Notes: a model not told the origin generated them from the letters alone. DNA of 64,000 bases from an uncultured Methylomirabilota bacterium (GCA_963845565.1 CAWJSJ010000001.1:32001-96000), one strand, 5' to 3'; shown: positions 30,779 through 40,982, counted from the first letter of the stretch. Numbers and translations: made by a program.

Positions 30779-31854
30779 GCCAGCGGCCGCTTGATCGCGT
30801 GGAAGATCTTGTGGAGCAGGGCGACGTCCCCCTTGGCCTCTTCCGGGGTCGTGATGGGGGTCTTGCGCTGCGCGACGCACTCGGCGAAGTGGAGCATCTC
30901 CTCCTTGAACGCCTCTTTCATGGAGGCGGTGACGGTCTTCGCGAACGGCTTCCCGTCCTCCATGCCCTCCACGATGACCGGCGTGGGCATGTTGCGGAAG
31001 AACGGGGACGGAAAGACCATGCGGACCCGGCTTCCCCTTCCATAATAGGCCACCGTCTCTTCGTAGTTGGCCAGATCAGGCAGGTACTGGAGGCTCACCA
31101 TGGCGCGGACGCCGGAGGCGTACCGCAGGCAGGTGACCATCCCCTCGCCCCCGTGCCAGACGTCGGTGAACAGGACCTCCTCCGGGTCGCCGGAGAGCCC
31201 TCGGAGGACGTTGATGTCGTGGACCAGGGTGGACAAGAGGTTGTTGGCGAAGACGCGGCGCTCCAGCGGAGTGAAGTCGCCGATCACCTCCCGGATCAAG
31301 GCGTCCTGATCGGCCTGCAGCTTGGCACGGACGTCGGCGGGGACATCCAGGTACCGGCGGATGTCGTGGTGGCCGATCTGGTTGGGCTCGGAGGGGTGCA
31401 GGACCGTGATCTGAATGGCCTGCAGGTCCGTCATGCCCTGGATCAGCGGCCGGGCGTAGCGGAAGCCGGGGTCGTATCGCTTCATGTAGGTGATCATGCA
31501 GGTCGTGCCGGCCTGCTTGTGCGCGGCGAGAATCTCGTCCGCTTCGCGCAGGGTGAAACACATCGGCTTCTCGGCGAAGACGTGCTTGCCCGCCTTGAGC
31601 GCGTCCACGATCACCTTCCCGTGGGAGTCGGCGGACAGGACCACGACGGCATCCAGCGGCTCCTTCAGGAGATCCGCGTGGCTCATGAAACGCTTGTTGA
31701 CACCGTAGTACTCGCCGACGTACTTCAGCGTCCCGGGCGAGACGTCGCACAGGGCGACCAGATCGAAGAGGTCGTGCAGCTCTTTCAGGTGGGGCAAGTG
31801 CATCATCTGGCCGATCAGGCCACATCCGATGACTCCGACGCGCATGCGACTCAT
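30775..31854 (-). CDS. Gfo/Idh/MocA oxidoreductase
   Basis: GVIGCG.IG, KHVFAEKP, YMKRYDP, HD catalytic pair. Confidence 0.93.
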   Translation of the reverse strand: MSRMRVGVIGCGLIGQMMHLPHLKELHDLFDLVALCDVSPGTLKYVGEYYGVNKRFMSHADLLKEPLDAVVVLSADSHGKVIVDALKAGKHVFAEKPMCFTLREADEILAAHKQAGTTCMITYMKRYDPGFRYARPLIQGMTDLQAIQITVLHPSEPNQIGHHDIRRYLDVPADVRAKLQADQDALIREVIGDFTPLERRVFANNLLSTLVHDINVLRGLSGDPEEVLFTDVWHGGEGMVTCLRYASGVRAMVSLQYLPDLANYEETVAYYGRGSRVRMVFPSPFFRNMPTPVIVEGMEDGKPFAKTVTASMKEAFKEEMLHFAECVAQRKTPITTPEEAKGDVALLHKIFHAIKRPLA

Positions 31855-31877
31855 GGTTTCTCCTTCACGTGAACGGT

Positions 31878-31982
31878 TAAGCCGTTGCCAAAGAATAAAT
31901 CGAGCGGAGACATTCCGAAACGGCATAAGGAGCCGTAACGAAATAGAAAGAGATGTATAGGTTATTTCGTAACGGCTCCTAA
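31878..31982. mobile_element. MITE-like two-hairpin element, copy 2
   Basis: Same sequence as copy 1 apart from a few positions in the first ~22 nt; TAA at 31878, 31926 and 31980. Confidence 0.75.
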
Positions 31983-32026
31983 CCCCACAGCGCAAATCTT
32001 TGAACCGCCAAGGCGCCACGAGGGGT

Positions 32027-32114
32027 AGCCACAAGAAGCACAAGAGGCACACGACTCTCCGGGAAAGTCCGAAGCCGAAATCCATTCCCTGTGCATCTTG
32101 TGCTTCTTGTGGCT
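32027..32114. repeat. 25-bp inverted repeat built from 9-mer units
   Basis: agccacaagaagcacaagaggcaca (32027-32051) and tgtgcatcttgtgcttcttgtggct (32090-32114) match 24/25. Confidence 0.85.
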
Positions 32115-32148
32115 CATCTCGTCTGTCGGCCTTGGCGACTATCCTCGC

Positions 32149-32982
32149 TCACCCAAGATGTTGGCGCAAGTGGACGATCGACTCCCGGAGATACTGGTCC
32201 AGGATACCGGGCGACGCGCCGTCCTTGATCGAGCAAAACGGGTCCGGGCCGGGGGGCGTCACCTCCAGGACCACGGCCCCGGCGTACCGGATGGCGCGAA
32301 GCGCGTCGGCCGGCGGGCCGAGATCGAGGTGGCCGCGGCCCAGCCCTTGGCGGTTGGTGTCGGCGACGTGGACGTGCCAGAGACGGGCGCCGGCCATGCG
32401 GATCGAGCCCGCGGGGTCGGGTTCCTCCAGGTTGGCATGGAACAGATCCAGGGTGGTCCCGACCCAGGGCGAGCCGACCGCGTCCAGATAGGCGAGCGAC
32501 GTCTCGAGGTTCGTCACCAGATAGGCCTCGTACCGGTTCAAGGGCTCGACGCAGATCCGGACGCCGAGCCGCTCCGCCTCGCGGGCGGCGGCCTGCATCC
32601 CGGCGACCGACCAGGCCCACTCCTCGGCAACCGAGGCGAGCGGGCGCAGCCGGGGCTCGCCCGACGGCAGCATCTGGGTGAGCGGCGCCCCGATCTCGGC
32701 GGCGAAGCGGAGACAGTCCACCAGGTACCCGACGGCGTCCGCGCGGATCCCCGGATCCGGATGGGCGAGATCGCGCCGGGTGGCCGGGACGGTGCACGAG
32801 GCGGTGAGCCCGACCGGGGTCAGGCCAGTCTGCGTCAGGGCCCGGCGGACAGCGCCGGGATCGAAGACGCCGGGCTCCCCCGGAATCTCCACGCCGTCGT
32901 ACCCGGCATCGGCGATCCGGGCGAGGGTCTCCTCCAGGGGTGCGTCCCCGTAGATCCACGCACAGACGCCGAATCGTGGCAT
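32149..32982 (-). CDS. Ketose 3-epimerase-like TIM barrel (sugar phosphate isomerase/epimerase)
   Basis: EPLNRYE, DLFHAN.EE, HVHVADTNR..LG.GH. Confidence 0.9.
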   Translation of the reverse strand: MPRFGVCAWIYGDAPLEETLARIADAGYDGVEIPGEPGVFDPGAVRRALTQTGLTPVGLTASCTVPATRRDLAHPDPGIRADAVGYLVDCLRFAAEIGAPLTQMLPSGEPRLRPLASVAEEWAWSVAGMQAAAREAERLGVRICVEPLNRYEAYLVTNLETSLAYLDAVGSPWVGTTLDLFHANLEEPDPAGSIRMAGARLWHVHVADTNRQGLGRGHLDLGPPADALRAIRYAGAVVLEVTPPGPDPFCSIKDGASPGILDQYLRESIVHLRQHLG

Positions 32983-33003
32983 GACTCCTCCTCCGGCGCG
33001 CGC

Positions 33004-35190
33004 CTACCCGGTCACCGATCCGTCCGCCGCCGGTCGGCGTGACAGCCACTGGGCCGGCAGGATACACGCCGCCAAAACCAGGATGAGCAGCGTGGACAGG
33101 GCTGCGCCGCGCCCGATGGTGCCGTATCCCGCCCACGAGAGTATCAGGATCGTCACCAGGTCGTGGCCCGGCGACACCAGGAAGATGACTTGGCTCACCG
33201 CCGTCATGGCACGAACAAAACTGTAGATCAGGCCGGTGATGATCGCCGACCGGATGAGCGGGATGACCACGCGACGCAGCGTGGTGACCGTTCCGGCCTT
33301 GAGAGTGGAGGAGGCCTCCTCCAGACTGGGGTCGAGCTGCGTGAGGGCGGCCACTCCGCTGCGAATCCCCACGGGCATCCCGCGGAAGATGAATGCCAGA
33401 ATGATGATCAGGCCCGTTCCGGTCAGCTGGAGCGCCCCGGCATTGAACGCCAGAATGTAGCCAATCCCCATGACCGTACCGGGGATGGCGTAGGAGAGCA
33501 TGGCCGAGAACTCGAACGCCGTGCGCCCGAAGAACCGATGCCGTAAGGTGAGATAGGCAATGAGGAGCCCCAAGCCGGCCGACGGGATTGCCGCGAGCAG
33601 GGAAAGGTACATGGTGTCGAGCAGGACCGGGACGCCGTGGCTCATCAGGTCCTGGTAGTTCTTGAGTGTGAAGGTGTTGTCGATGCCCCAGAGCTTGACG
33701 AAGCTTCCGAAGAGAATGGATCCGTACAGCAGTGCCGCCACGGCCGTGAAGAGAAGAAACACGCCGGTGAGCACGAGGTCGGTCGCCAGCGGCAGGGGAG
33801 TGGGGCGCCCCCCTGACGGCTTGCCGGTCACGGTGACGTACGACCGTCTGCCGAGCCAGTAGCGCTGGAGAAGGAAGATGGTCAGCGTAATGACCAGCAG
33901 GACCACGCCGTATACCGCCGCTTCGTGTTGGTCGAAGCGCCCCTCGATGGCGTAGAAGATCTCGGTCGGGAGAAAGGGAACGCCACCTCCCAAGAGGAGC
34001 GGGTTTCCGAAGTCGGCCAGGCTCTCGATCATCACCAAGAGGATGGCGTTGGCCAGTCCGGGGCGCATGAGAGGCCAGAGGACGGTCCGGAACAACGTCC
34101 AGTGATCGGCGCGCAGTGTCCGGGCCGCCTCCTCGAGTGAGACATCCAGCGAATGGATCACGCCGACCAGAACCAGATACGCGATCGGCGTAAACGCCAG
34201 GACCTGCGCCACGCCGACACCCAGCGGGCCGAAAAAGACGTTGGTGGAGAGGCCCAGCAGCGTGTAGGTGACGAAGCCCCGCCGCCCGAACATGTAGATC
34301 ATGGCGAGACCGAGGACGAAGGCCGGCGTGATGATCGGCAAGATCGACAGCGGGGCCAGGAGGCGTCGTGTCCACAACGTACTCCGCGACTCGAGGAGGG
34401 CGAAGATGAAGCCGAGTCCCGTGGAGATCAGGCCGACGCTGACCGCCAAGAAGAGGCTGTTCCGCAGGGCCCCCAGGCCCAGGGCCAGCATGGTGACGAG
34501 GCCGGCCGCCACGCCCAGCCCCACCCCCCGGGCCAGGGCCTGCGTCCACCGCCCGAAGATCAGGCGGATCCCCGCCACGGCCGCGGCGCCCACGACGATC
34601 CCCACGCCGGCCCCCCAGCGTATGGGGTCGGTGGGGAGCTCGGGATGACGGAGGAGCAGAAAGATAGGGGAGGCGAGGTACCGCCGCAGAGCGGTCGTTG
34701 TGAGGTGCCCCTGGATGAGGACACTCTCTCGGAGCATGCTCAGCAGCGGGAGAAGGATAAAGATGGCGATCAGGCCGGCGGTCCAGAGAATGGCGGCCGC
34801 GACGAAGGCGCCGCCCCGCACATAGCCGGCCTGCGCCAGGCCGATGCCCGCGAGCGCGAGCAGGCCGGCCAGGCAGAGGAGCGCGCCGAGGCCAAACGGC
34901 CGTCCGGCGGAAATGAGATGGTGCAGCGCAGCCGCCACGCCGAGCCCGGCGGTGGCGAGCACGATTCGCCCCCCCCGCCGGTCGCCCGATGCGACAGCGC
35001 CGAGGAGGATGACCGCAGAGGCGGCCAGACCGACCACGGCGAGCGGCCAGGAACCGGACGCGCGGGCCAGGCCGGTGTGGGGCCAGGAGAGGACAAAGAA
35101 CGCCTTCCCGACCCGTTCCCACGGAAGGCAGCCGAACCCAGCGAGGGTCAAGAGCCCCCAGACAATCGTGTCCCGGCGGTATGCGGTCAT
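33004..35190 (-). CDS. AfuB/FbpB-like fused ABC permease
   Basis: LPIITPAFV, LAFTPIA, ESLADFGNP, two EAA loops, RAMTAVS. Confidence 0.9.
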   Translation of the reverse strand: MTAYRRDTIVWGLLTLAGFGCLPWERVGKAFFVLSWPHTGLARASGSWPLAVVGLAASAVILLGAVASGDRRGGRIVLATAGLGVAAALHHLISAGRPFGLGALLCLAGLLALAGIGLAQAGYVRGGAFVAAAILWTAGLIAIFILLPLLSMLRESVLIQGHLTTTALRRYLASPIFLLLRHPELPTDPIRWGAGVGIVVGAAAVAGIRLIFGRWTQALARGVGLGVAAGLVTMLALGLGALRNSLFLAVSVGLISTGLGFIFALLESRSTLWTRRLLAPLSILPIITPAFVLGLAMIYMFGRRGFVTYTLLGLSTNVFFGPLGVGVAQVLAFTPIAYLVLVGVIHSLDVSLEEAARTLRADHWTLFRTVLWPLMRPGLANAILLVMIESLADFGNPLLLGGGVPFLPTEIFYAIEGRFDQHEAAVYGVVLLVITLTIFLLQRYWLGRRSYVTVTGKPSGGRPTPLPLATDLVLTGVFLLFTAVAALLYGSILFGSFVKLWGIDNTFTLKNYQDLMSHGVPVLLDTMYLSLLAAIPSAGLGLLIAYLTLRHRFFGRTAFEFSAMLSYAIPGTVMGIGYILAFNAGALQLTGTGLIIILAFIFRGMPVGIRSGVAALTQLDPSLEEASSTLKAGTVTTLRRVVIPLIRSAIITGLIYSFVRAMTAVSQVIFLVSPGHDLVTILILSWAGYGTIGRGAALSTLLILVLAACILPAQWLSRRPAADGSVTG

Positions 35191-35199
35191 CTGAATTCA

Positions 35200-35296
35200 G
35201 GTCGAATGGTCGATGAGTCAACTGGTCAATCAGGAACGGACGGAACCAGAGTGCCCGGCCCGACCAATCGGCTCATCGACCCGTTGACGAATCGAC
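35200..35296. repeat. Inverted pair of degenerate 8-mer arrays
   Basis: ggtcgaat ggtcgatg agtcaact ggtcaatc ... cgaccaat cggctcat cgacccgt tgacgaat cgac. Confidence 0.75.
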
Positions 35297-35301
35297 GTCG
35301 T

Positions 35302-36324
35302 CTATTTCGGCAGCGGGAACACCTGGTCGGTCCAGCGCCGGATCAAGCCATCGCGGACGGCCGGCGTGCCGTACTTGGCGAAATCGTAGTTGACCAGGTT
35401 GGCCTCTTCGAATTTTGGCACGTCCGGATCGATGACGGACTTGCTGTGCGAGGGGATGCTCACCTCGCCGTTTTGCGGGCCGAGCCGCTGGTTCTCCGGC
35501 TCCAGGGCCCAATCGATCAGGCGCAGGGCGTTGGCCCGGTTGGGGGCGCCCGTGATCAGGGCGATGCCACCGATCTCGTAGCCGGTTCCGTCCTTCGGGG
35601 CCACGAACTTGATGGGGTAGCCCTTGCGCCCGCGCTCCACCACGTCGTTGGCAAAGGAGACGCCGATGGCGACCTCACCGCGCCCGGCCAGGAGGCTGGG
35701 GTCGCCGCCGCTGCGGGTGTATTGCGCCACGTTCCGGTGGATGGCCTTCAGGAGTTCGAACCCCTGGTCCTCCCCGTAGATCTGCACGATGGTCGTCATC
35801 ATCACGTACCCGGTTCCCGAGGTGTTCGGGTTGGGCGTCGCGATGAGGCCCTTGTATTTTGGATCACCCAACTCCTTCCAGGTCGTGGGGACCGGGAGTT
35901 TCTTCTCTTGGAGGATCTTCTCGTTCACGCCGAAGCCGTGGATTCCGGTGTAGAGCGGGATGTAGTGGCCGTCCACCGCCTTGGTCAACTGTGGCCGCAA
36001 ATCCCCCCAGGCCTTCGGCCGGTAGAATTCGAGCAAGCCCTCGGCCTGCGCGACCCACAGGGAGTCGCCGCTCCCGCCCAGCCACACATCCATCGTGGCG
36101 TTCCCCTTTTCCGCGCGCAGGCGGGCCAGGGACGCGCCCGAGGCAAGTTTCACGAAGTCGAGCTGGATGCCGGTCGCCTTGGAGAATTCGCGTTTGACGG
36201 CTTCGCACCAGGCGGGGTCGGGGGTGCACAGGAGATTCACCCGATTTTCCCCGGCCACAGCCGGGGAGAGCCACAGGAGGCCAATACCGAGTGCCACCAG
36301 AACCAGGACGCTCGTCCGTTTCAT
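35302..36324 (-). CDS. AfuA-like ABC substrate-binding protein (sugar-phosphate/Fe3+ class)
   Basis: N-terminal C-x6-C, DVWLGG.GD, PNPNTSGTGY, QYTRSG, GTGYEIGG. Confidence 0.85.
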   Translation of the reverse strand: MKRTSVLVLVALGIGLLWLSPAVAGENRVNLLCTPDPAWCEAVKREFSKATGIQLDFVKLASGASLARLRAEKGNATMDVWLGGSGDSLWVAQAEGLLEFYRPKAWGDLRPQLTKAVDGHYIPLYTGIHGFGVNEKILQEKKLPVPTTWKELGDPKYKGLIATPNPNTSGTGYVMMTTIVQIYGEDQGFELLKAIHRNVAQYTRSGGDPSLLAGRGEVAIGVSFANDVVERGRKGYPIKFVAPKDGTGYEIGGIALITGAPNRANALRLIDWALEPENQRLGPQNGEVSIPSHSKSVIDPDVPKFEEANLVNYDFAKYGTPAVRDGLIRRWTDQVFPLPK

Positions 36325-36400
36325 GACGCCCCTCCTTTTTCACCGACGCTTCTGCCGCTCACGACGCATGCCGCGCGCCGCTGTCACCACACCGGGGTTC

Positions 36401-37711
36401 TCAGGCCAAGACCTGGTCCAGATTCGCAAAGACCCGCTGGACCGCTTCCACGTACTTCTCCATCAGCGCGAGCGGCTGCGGGAACAGCGGGAACGTATGC
36501 GATCCGATGACCAGGGAGTCTTCCAGCAGCTTCAGCGTCTCGGGATACTCGGCGAGATCGTACTTCACCTCTTCGCCCAGCGGGCACCGCCAGGGGCACC
36601 CGAGCCCGTAGCCTGTCCGCTCCTGGAACAGGGTCTGGCCGGGGACGGGGACGGTCTGCCATAGGCTCGCCTCGACCCCCTCGGCCCCGAGGGCGGCCAG
36701 GAGCTTCAGCCGAAACTCCTTGACCGGCAACGTGACGCCCAGCGCTGCGGGGTCCAGCCGAAGGCGATACTGGTAGTAGCTCGACGTGCAGTCGGCTGGG
36801 ATATGAGGCGGGAGAATCCCGGGGATCTTCCCGAGATGCTCGGTGAGATAGGCGGCGTTCCGCCGCGTCTGGGCGAGCGAGGCGTCCAGGCGGCGGAGCT
36901 GGCTTCGCGCCAGGGCCGCGGTCAGCTCGTTCGACCGGTACATCCAGCCCATCATGAGGGAATTGTACTCGCGCGCGCCGTCCAGCGGCCGGGCGGGGTC
37001 GAAGGCCTTCTTGTCGCTCTCCCGCACGTCCTCGCCGAACATGCGGAAGCGGTTGGCGCGTTCCTTCAGCTCCTCCCGGTTGGTCACGAAGATCCCGCCC
37101 TCGCCGGCCGGCAGATTCTTGCTGGCCTGGAAGGAGAAGATCCCCATGTCGCCGATCCCGCCGACCTTCTTCCCCTTGTACGTGGAGCCGTGGGCTTGCG
37201 CCGCGTCCTCGATCACCAGCAGGCGGTGTTTCCGGGCGATGGCCAGGATCCGATCCATGTCCGCCGGGCAGCCGTGGATGTGGACCGGGATGATGGCCCG
37301 GGTGCGTGCGGTGATCCGCTCCTCGATCTTGTCCGGATCGATGTTGTACGTCCGGGGGTCGATGTCCACGAAGACGGGGACGGCGTTGTTCTGGAGGACC
37401 GCCAGCGCGGTGGCCAGGAAGGTGAAGGCCGTGGTGATGACCTGGTCGCCGGTGCCGATCCCCCCGGCCGCGACGGCCGTATGGAGCGCCGCCGTGCCGC
37501 TGTTGGTGGTGAGCGCGTGGCGGACCCCGCAATACCGGGCCCACTCGTCCTCCAGCGCCTTCACCTGGGGGGCGTAGGGCCCGGAGACGATGCCGGAGTC
37601 CAGCGCGGCCTGGACCGCGGCCTTGTCCTCTGCCGTGATCATCGGCCAGCGGACGTGCAGGGCTTTGGGGACGACCGGGGTTCCCCCGCGGATGGCCAGC
37701 GTCTCGGTCAT
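36401..37711 (-). CDS. DegT/DnrJ/EryC1/StrS aminotransferase
   Basis: LAIRGGTP..WP N-terminus, NSGTAAL, EDAAQAHG, FSFQASKNLPAGEGG (PLP Lys). Confidence 0.94.
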   Translation of the reverse strand: MTETLAIRGGTPVVPKALHVRWPMITAEDKAAVQAALDSGIVSGPYAPQVKALEDEWARYCGVRHALTTNSGTAALHTAVAAGGIGTGDQVITTAFTFLATALAVLQNNAVPVFVDIDPRTYNIDPDKIEERITARTRAIIPVHIHGCPADMDRILAIARKHRLLVIEDAAQAHGSTYKGKKVGGIGDMGIFSFQASKNLPAGEGGIFVTNREELKERANRFRMFGEDVRESDKKAFDPARPLDGAREYNSLMMGWMYRSNELTAALARSQLRRLDASLAQTRRNAAYLTEHLGKIPGILPPHIPADCTSSYYQYRLRLDPAALGVTLPVKEFRLKLLAALGAEGVEASLWQTVPVPGQTLFQERTGYGLGCPWRCPLGEEVKYDLAEYPETLKLLEDSLVIGSHTFPLFPQPLALMEKYVEAVQRVFANLDQVLA

Positions 37712-38793
37712 GGCTTCCTCCTTGCGCTGCGGTGTGACGGCGGCGCCGGGGGGAGACCGGTGCCGCACGAGGAACGGATCACCAGGGCGTGTGCCACCAC
37801 GGTCGTCGAAAACACGTGCTGGTCGCCTTGCTCCATCTGGGCGATGGCCTGCCGGACCGCCAGGCGTCCCATCTCTTCCTTGGGGACGGCGACGGTCGTG
37901 AGCGGGGGCGTCGTGTGGGCGGCGTACTCGATGTCGTCGAACCCGACCAGGGCGATGTCGTCGGGCACGCGGAGACCGTGTTGGTGGATGGCCCGCAGCG
38001 CCCCGATCGCCAGGTCGTCGTTGGTGAAGATCGCCGTGGGGCGGACCGGCAGCGTGAGCAGCGCCTCCGCCGCGTCGTAGCCCCCCTGGAGACTCAGCGA
38101 GGTCTCCAGGATAAAACCCGCCGGCGGGGCAACACCCGCCTCGGACAACGCCCGGCGGTAGCCGCTGGCCAGCGCCTCGAAGAAGGGATGGCGAGCGGGG
38201 CCCCGGATCAGGGCCACCCGCTCGTGACCCAACTTGACCAGGTGCCGGGTCGCCTCGTAGGCGCCGCCGGCGTCGTCGCAGACCACGGCGTCCACATCCC
38301 GGAGCGGCGGCCGCATGTCCGCCAGGACCAGGGAGAAGCCGTTGGCGTGGAGCTGCCGCACGAAGCGGGGCGATACCTTGCCGACCAGGATGATCCAGCG
38401 GGTCATCATGTCGCGGATCATCTTGGGGTACTCGAGCGACTCGAGCGAATCCCCCAGACCGTAGCCGAACAGGAGGTGGCAGTCCCAGCGCCGGGCCTCC
38501 TCGGCGATCCCCTGGATGATGCCGGCGAAGTAGCTGTGGGCGGTGACCACCTCCCGGCTGAAGATGGTGCCGATGATGCGGTCTTGGCTCGGGGCGGCGA
38601 CGCGGGAGACGAGCTGCCGGGCGGCGGGGTTGGGGATGTAACCGAGCCGCTGGACCGCGGTCAGCACCTTCCGTCGACTGGCGGCGCTGACGTCGGGCCG
38701 GCCCCGGACCACCCGGGAGACCGTCATGATTGACAGCCCGGTGTGGTTCGCGATATCCTTCAGCGTGACCGGCGACCCCTGGGCCTTCGGCAT
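37708..38793 (-). CDS. LacI-family transcriptional regulator
   Basis: TLKDIA...SIMTVSRV, LGYIPN..AR.L, VPDDIALVGFDD, PPLTTV. Confidence 0.96.
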   Translation of the reverse strand: MPKAQGSPVTLKDIANHTGLSIMTVSRVVRGRPDVSAASRRKVLTAVQRLGYIPNPAARQLVSRVAAPSQDRIIGTIFSREVVTAHSYFAGIIQGIAEEARRWDCHLLFGYGLGDSLESLEYPKMIRDMMTRWIILVGKVSPRFVRQLHANGFSLVLADMRPPLRDVDAVVCDDAGGAYEATRHLVKLGHERVALIRGPARHPFFEALASGYRRALSEAGVAPPAGFILETSLSLQGGYDAAEALLTLPVRPTAIFTNDDLAIGALRAIHQHGLRVPDDIALVGFDDIEYAAHTTPPLTTVAVPKEEMGRLAVRQAIAQMEQGDQHVFSTTVVAHALVIRSSCGTGLPPAPPSHRSARRKP

Positions 38794-38809
38794 TTTTTTG
38801 GCGGTTGAT

Positions 38810-38859
38810 TGTTAGCGTTACCGGTAAGACTTGTATACCCCGGCCGCCCCCGTTGTCAA
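38810..38859 (-). promoter_or_regulatory. Sigma70-type promoter with LacI-type operator palindromes
   Basis: Minus strand TTGACA (38859-38854)-N16-TATACA (38837-38832); TGTTAGCGTTACC and TTACCGGTAA at 38810-38828. Confidence 0.6.
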
Positions 38860-38914
38860 GCGCTTTCGCGGCCGACCGGGGACCGGCAGGCATCCGAAAT
38901 CGGGAGGCGATGCG

Positions 38915-39889
38915 ATGGCACCCGTCCGGATCGACCCTCACTGGCGATACCACGATCTGACGGCCATCGTCCTGGAGAACGCCCGCCTCCGCCTCACACT
39001 CCTCCCCGAACTCGGCGCCAAGATCTACGACCTGATCCTCAAGCCGGCCGACCGAAACTTCCTCTGGCACAACCCTCGCCTGGAGCCCCGGCTTCCAGTC
39101 TTTGGCCAGAACTTCGACGACTGGTGGTGCGGGGGCTGGGACGAGGTCTTTCCCACCTGCGACGTCAGCACCTACCGGGGCGAGACCTATCCCTATCTGG
39201 GCGAGCTCTGGTCCCTACCCTGGTCGTGGCGAGTGGAGGAGGACGGTCCATCGCAGGGCTGTCTGTACCTCAGCCGGACGACGGTGATCGCGCCGGCCCG
39301 GATGGAGAAGTGGATTCGGCTTGCGGCGGACGAGCCCGTGGTGCGGTTCCGGCACCGCCTGACGAATCTCGGGACGCAGCCGATGGACTTCGGGTGGGGC
39401 ATTCATCCCTGTTTTCGGCTGGAGCCTGGCTACCGGATCGACGCGCCGGCCCGGGTCGGAATCGTCGGCCACACGGCAACGGCCCCGTTCGGCCCGGTCG
39501 GCACCACGTATGCGTGGCCGCGGCCCGAGCTCCGGCAGGTACCGCCGCCCAGCCAGGGATGGTGCGAGGGGCACTATGCCACCGACCTGACCGACGGCTG
39601 GGTTGCCTTGACCGATCCGGGTGCGAAAGTGGGGATCGGCCTGGCGTTTCCCTGCGAGGTCTTTCCCGTGCTCTGGTGCTGGATGGTATTCGGGGGATGG
39701 CGGGGTCACTACCACCTCGCGCTGGAGCCCTGGACCGGCTGGCCGCACCAGCTGGACAAAGCGGTGGCGGCCGGCCGACACCGTACGCTCCAGCCCGGCG
39801 AATGCCTGGAGTGCGAGACGCTGGCCGTGGCTTACACCGGTCTCACGGCAGTGTCGAGGATCGGGTCGGACGGGAGTGTGCGAGACTAA
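38915..39889 (+). CDS. Aldose 1-epimerase/galactose mutarotase-fold protein (DUF5107-like)
   Basis: VLEN..LR.TLLPELGAKI, GGWDEVFP, GELW, WGIHP, LALEPWT. Confidence 0.8.
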   Translation: MAPVRIDPHWRYHDLTAIVLENARLRLTLLPELGAKIYDLILKPADRNFLWHNPRLEPRLPVFGQNFDDWWCGGWDEVFPTCDVSTYRGETYPYLGELWSLPWSWRVEEDGPSQGCLYLSRTTVIAPARMEKWIRLAADEPVVRFRHRLTNLGTQPMDFGWGIHPCFRLEPGYRIDAPARVGIVGHTATAPFGPVGTTYAWPRPELRQVPPPSQGWCEGHYATDLTDGWVALTDPGAKVGIGLAFPCEVFPVLWCWMVFGGWRGHYHLALEPWTGWPHQLDKAVAAGRHRTLQPGECLECETLAVAYTGLTAVSRIGSDGSVRD

Positions 39890-39968
39890 CGAGTGCAGCG
39901 TGGTATGGGCCCAGGGTCGGGCGGCTCGCGTCATGGCGACCGCGTGACCCCACACGGAAGGAGGCATC

Positions 39969-40982
39969 ATGAGACACGCATGGCGAGGGATCGGGATCGG
40001 GATCACGGCGGTTCTGGCGGCGTGGACGGGGCAGCCGGCGGCGGCCGCGGACCACGAGGGGACGGTGGTGGTGTACACGGCCGCCCAGAGCACGATCGTC
40101 CAGGCGGTCGGCCCGATGTTCGAGAAGAAGACCGGAGTGAAGGTGCAATTCGTGGAAGGCGGCACCGGCGAGGTGTTGAAGCGGGCGGAGGCCGAGAAGG
40201 CCAACCCGCTCGGCGACGTCTTCTGGGCCCTGGCGGCCGAGCCGCTGGCGGCCAACGCCGACCTGCTGGAGCCGTACACGGTGACGGAGGACGCCAAGAT
40301 TAACGCCATCTACAAGAAGGGGATGGCAGGCGGCCGCGTGCAGCCCAACAACGTGACCCCGATGGTCATCGTGTATAACAAGAAGCTGGTGAGCGACGCC
40401 GACGCCCCCAAGAGCTGGAAAGCCTTGGCGGATCCAAAGTGGAAAGACAAGATTGCCTATGCGGCGGCGGACAAGTCGGGCTCGTCCTATACCATCCTGG
40501 CGACACTTCTCACGGTGTTCGGGGATAACGCCGCCGGCTGGAAGGTCGTCGAGGACATTATGAAGAACGCGAAAATCCTCCCCAGCTCCAGCCGGGTACC
40601 TAAAGGGGTGGCCGATGGGGAGTATCATGCGGGCCTAACCTATGAGGACGCCGCCATGCGACAGGTGGCCGGCGGCGCCCCGGTGGGCGTGATCTATCCG
40701 CAGGACGGGACCTCCGTTCCGCCGGACGGGAACGCCCTGATCAAGGGGGCCAAACATCCCAAGGCGGCCAAGCTATTCCTGGACTACGCCGTGTCGAAAG
40801 AGGTTATGGACCTTCTGGCGGAGAAGTTCTCCCTGCGCTCGGCTCGGACCGACGTGAATCCGCCCAAGGGATTTGCGCCGCTTGGCGAGATCAAGGCCGT
40901 GGCCTACGACATGGAGTGGGCCGGGAAGAACTATCAGGCCAACATCAAGAAGTGGCAGGACATCATCGTGCGGGTGAAATAG
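39969..40982 (+). CDS. ABC substrate-binding protein (FbpA/AfuA class)
   Basis: GGTGEVLKR..AEKANP..DV, PKSW..L.DPKWK, SGSSYT, YPQDGT. Confidence 0.9.
   Translation: MRHAWRGIGIGITAVLAAWTGQPAAAADHEGTVVVYTAAQSTIVQAVGPMFEKKTGVKVQFVEGGTGEVLKRAEAEKANPLGDVFWALAAEPLAANADLLEPYTVTEDAKINAIYKKGMAGGRVQPNNVTPMVIVYNKKLVSDADAPKSWKALADPKWKDKIAYAAADKSGSSYTILATLLTVFGDNAAGWKVVEDIMKNAKILPSSSRVPKGVADGEYHAGLTYEDAAMRQVAGGAPVGVIYPQDGTSVPPDGNALIKGAKHPKAAKLFLDYAVSKEVMDLLAEKFSLRSARTDVNPPKGFAPLGEIKAVAYDMEWAGKNYQANIKKWQDIIVRVK

Noticed and set aside
22624..39070. Long ORF-track calls (552, 568, 599, 1035, 889 aa) suggesting fusion proteins
   Set aside because: The extensions are out-of-frame readings of neighbouring genes; the real starts have RBSs or stop/start overlaps.
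21857..39889. Aminoglycoside biosynthetic gene cluster
   Set aside because: No cyclase, glycosyltransferase, exporter or resistance gene; importers and LacI favour catabolism.
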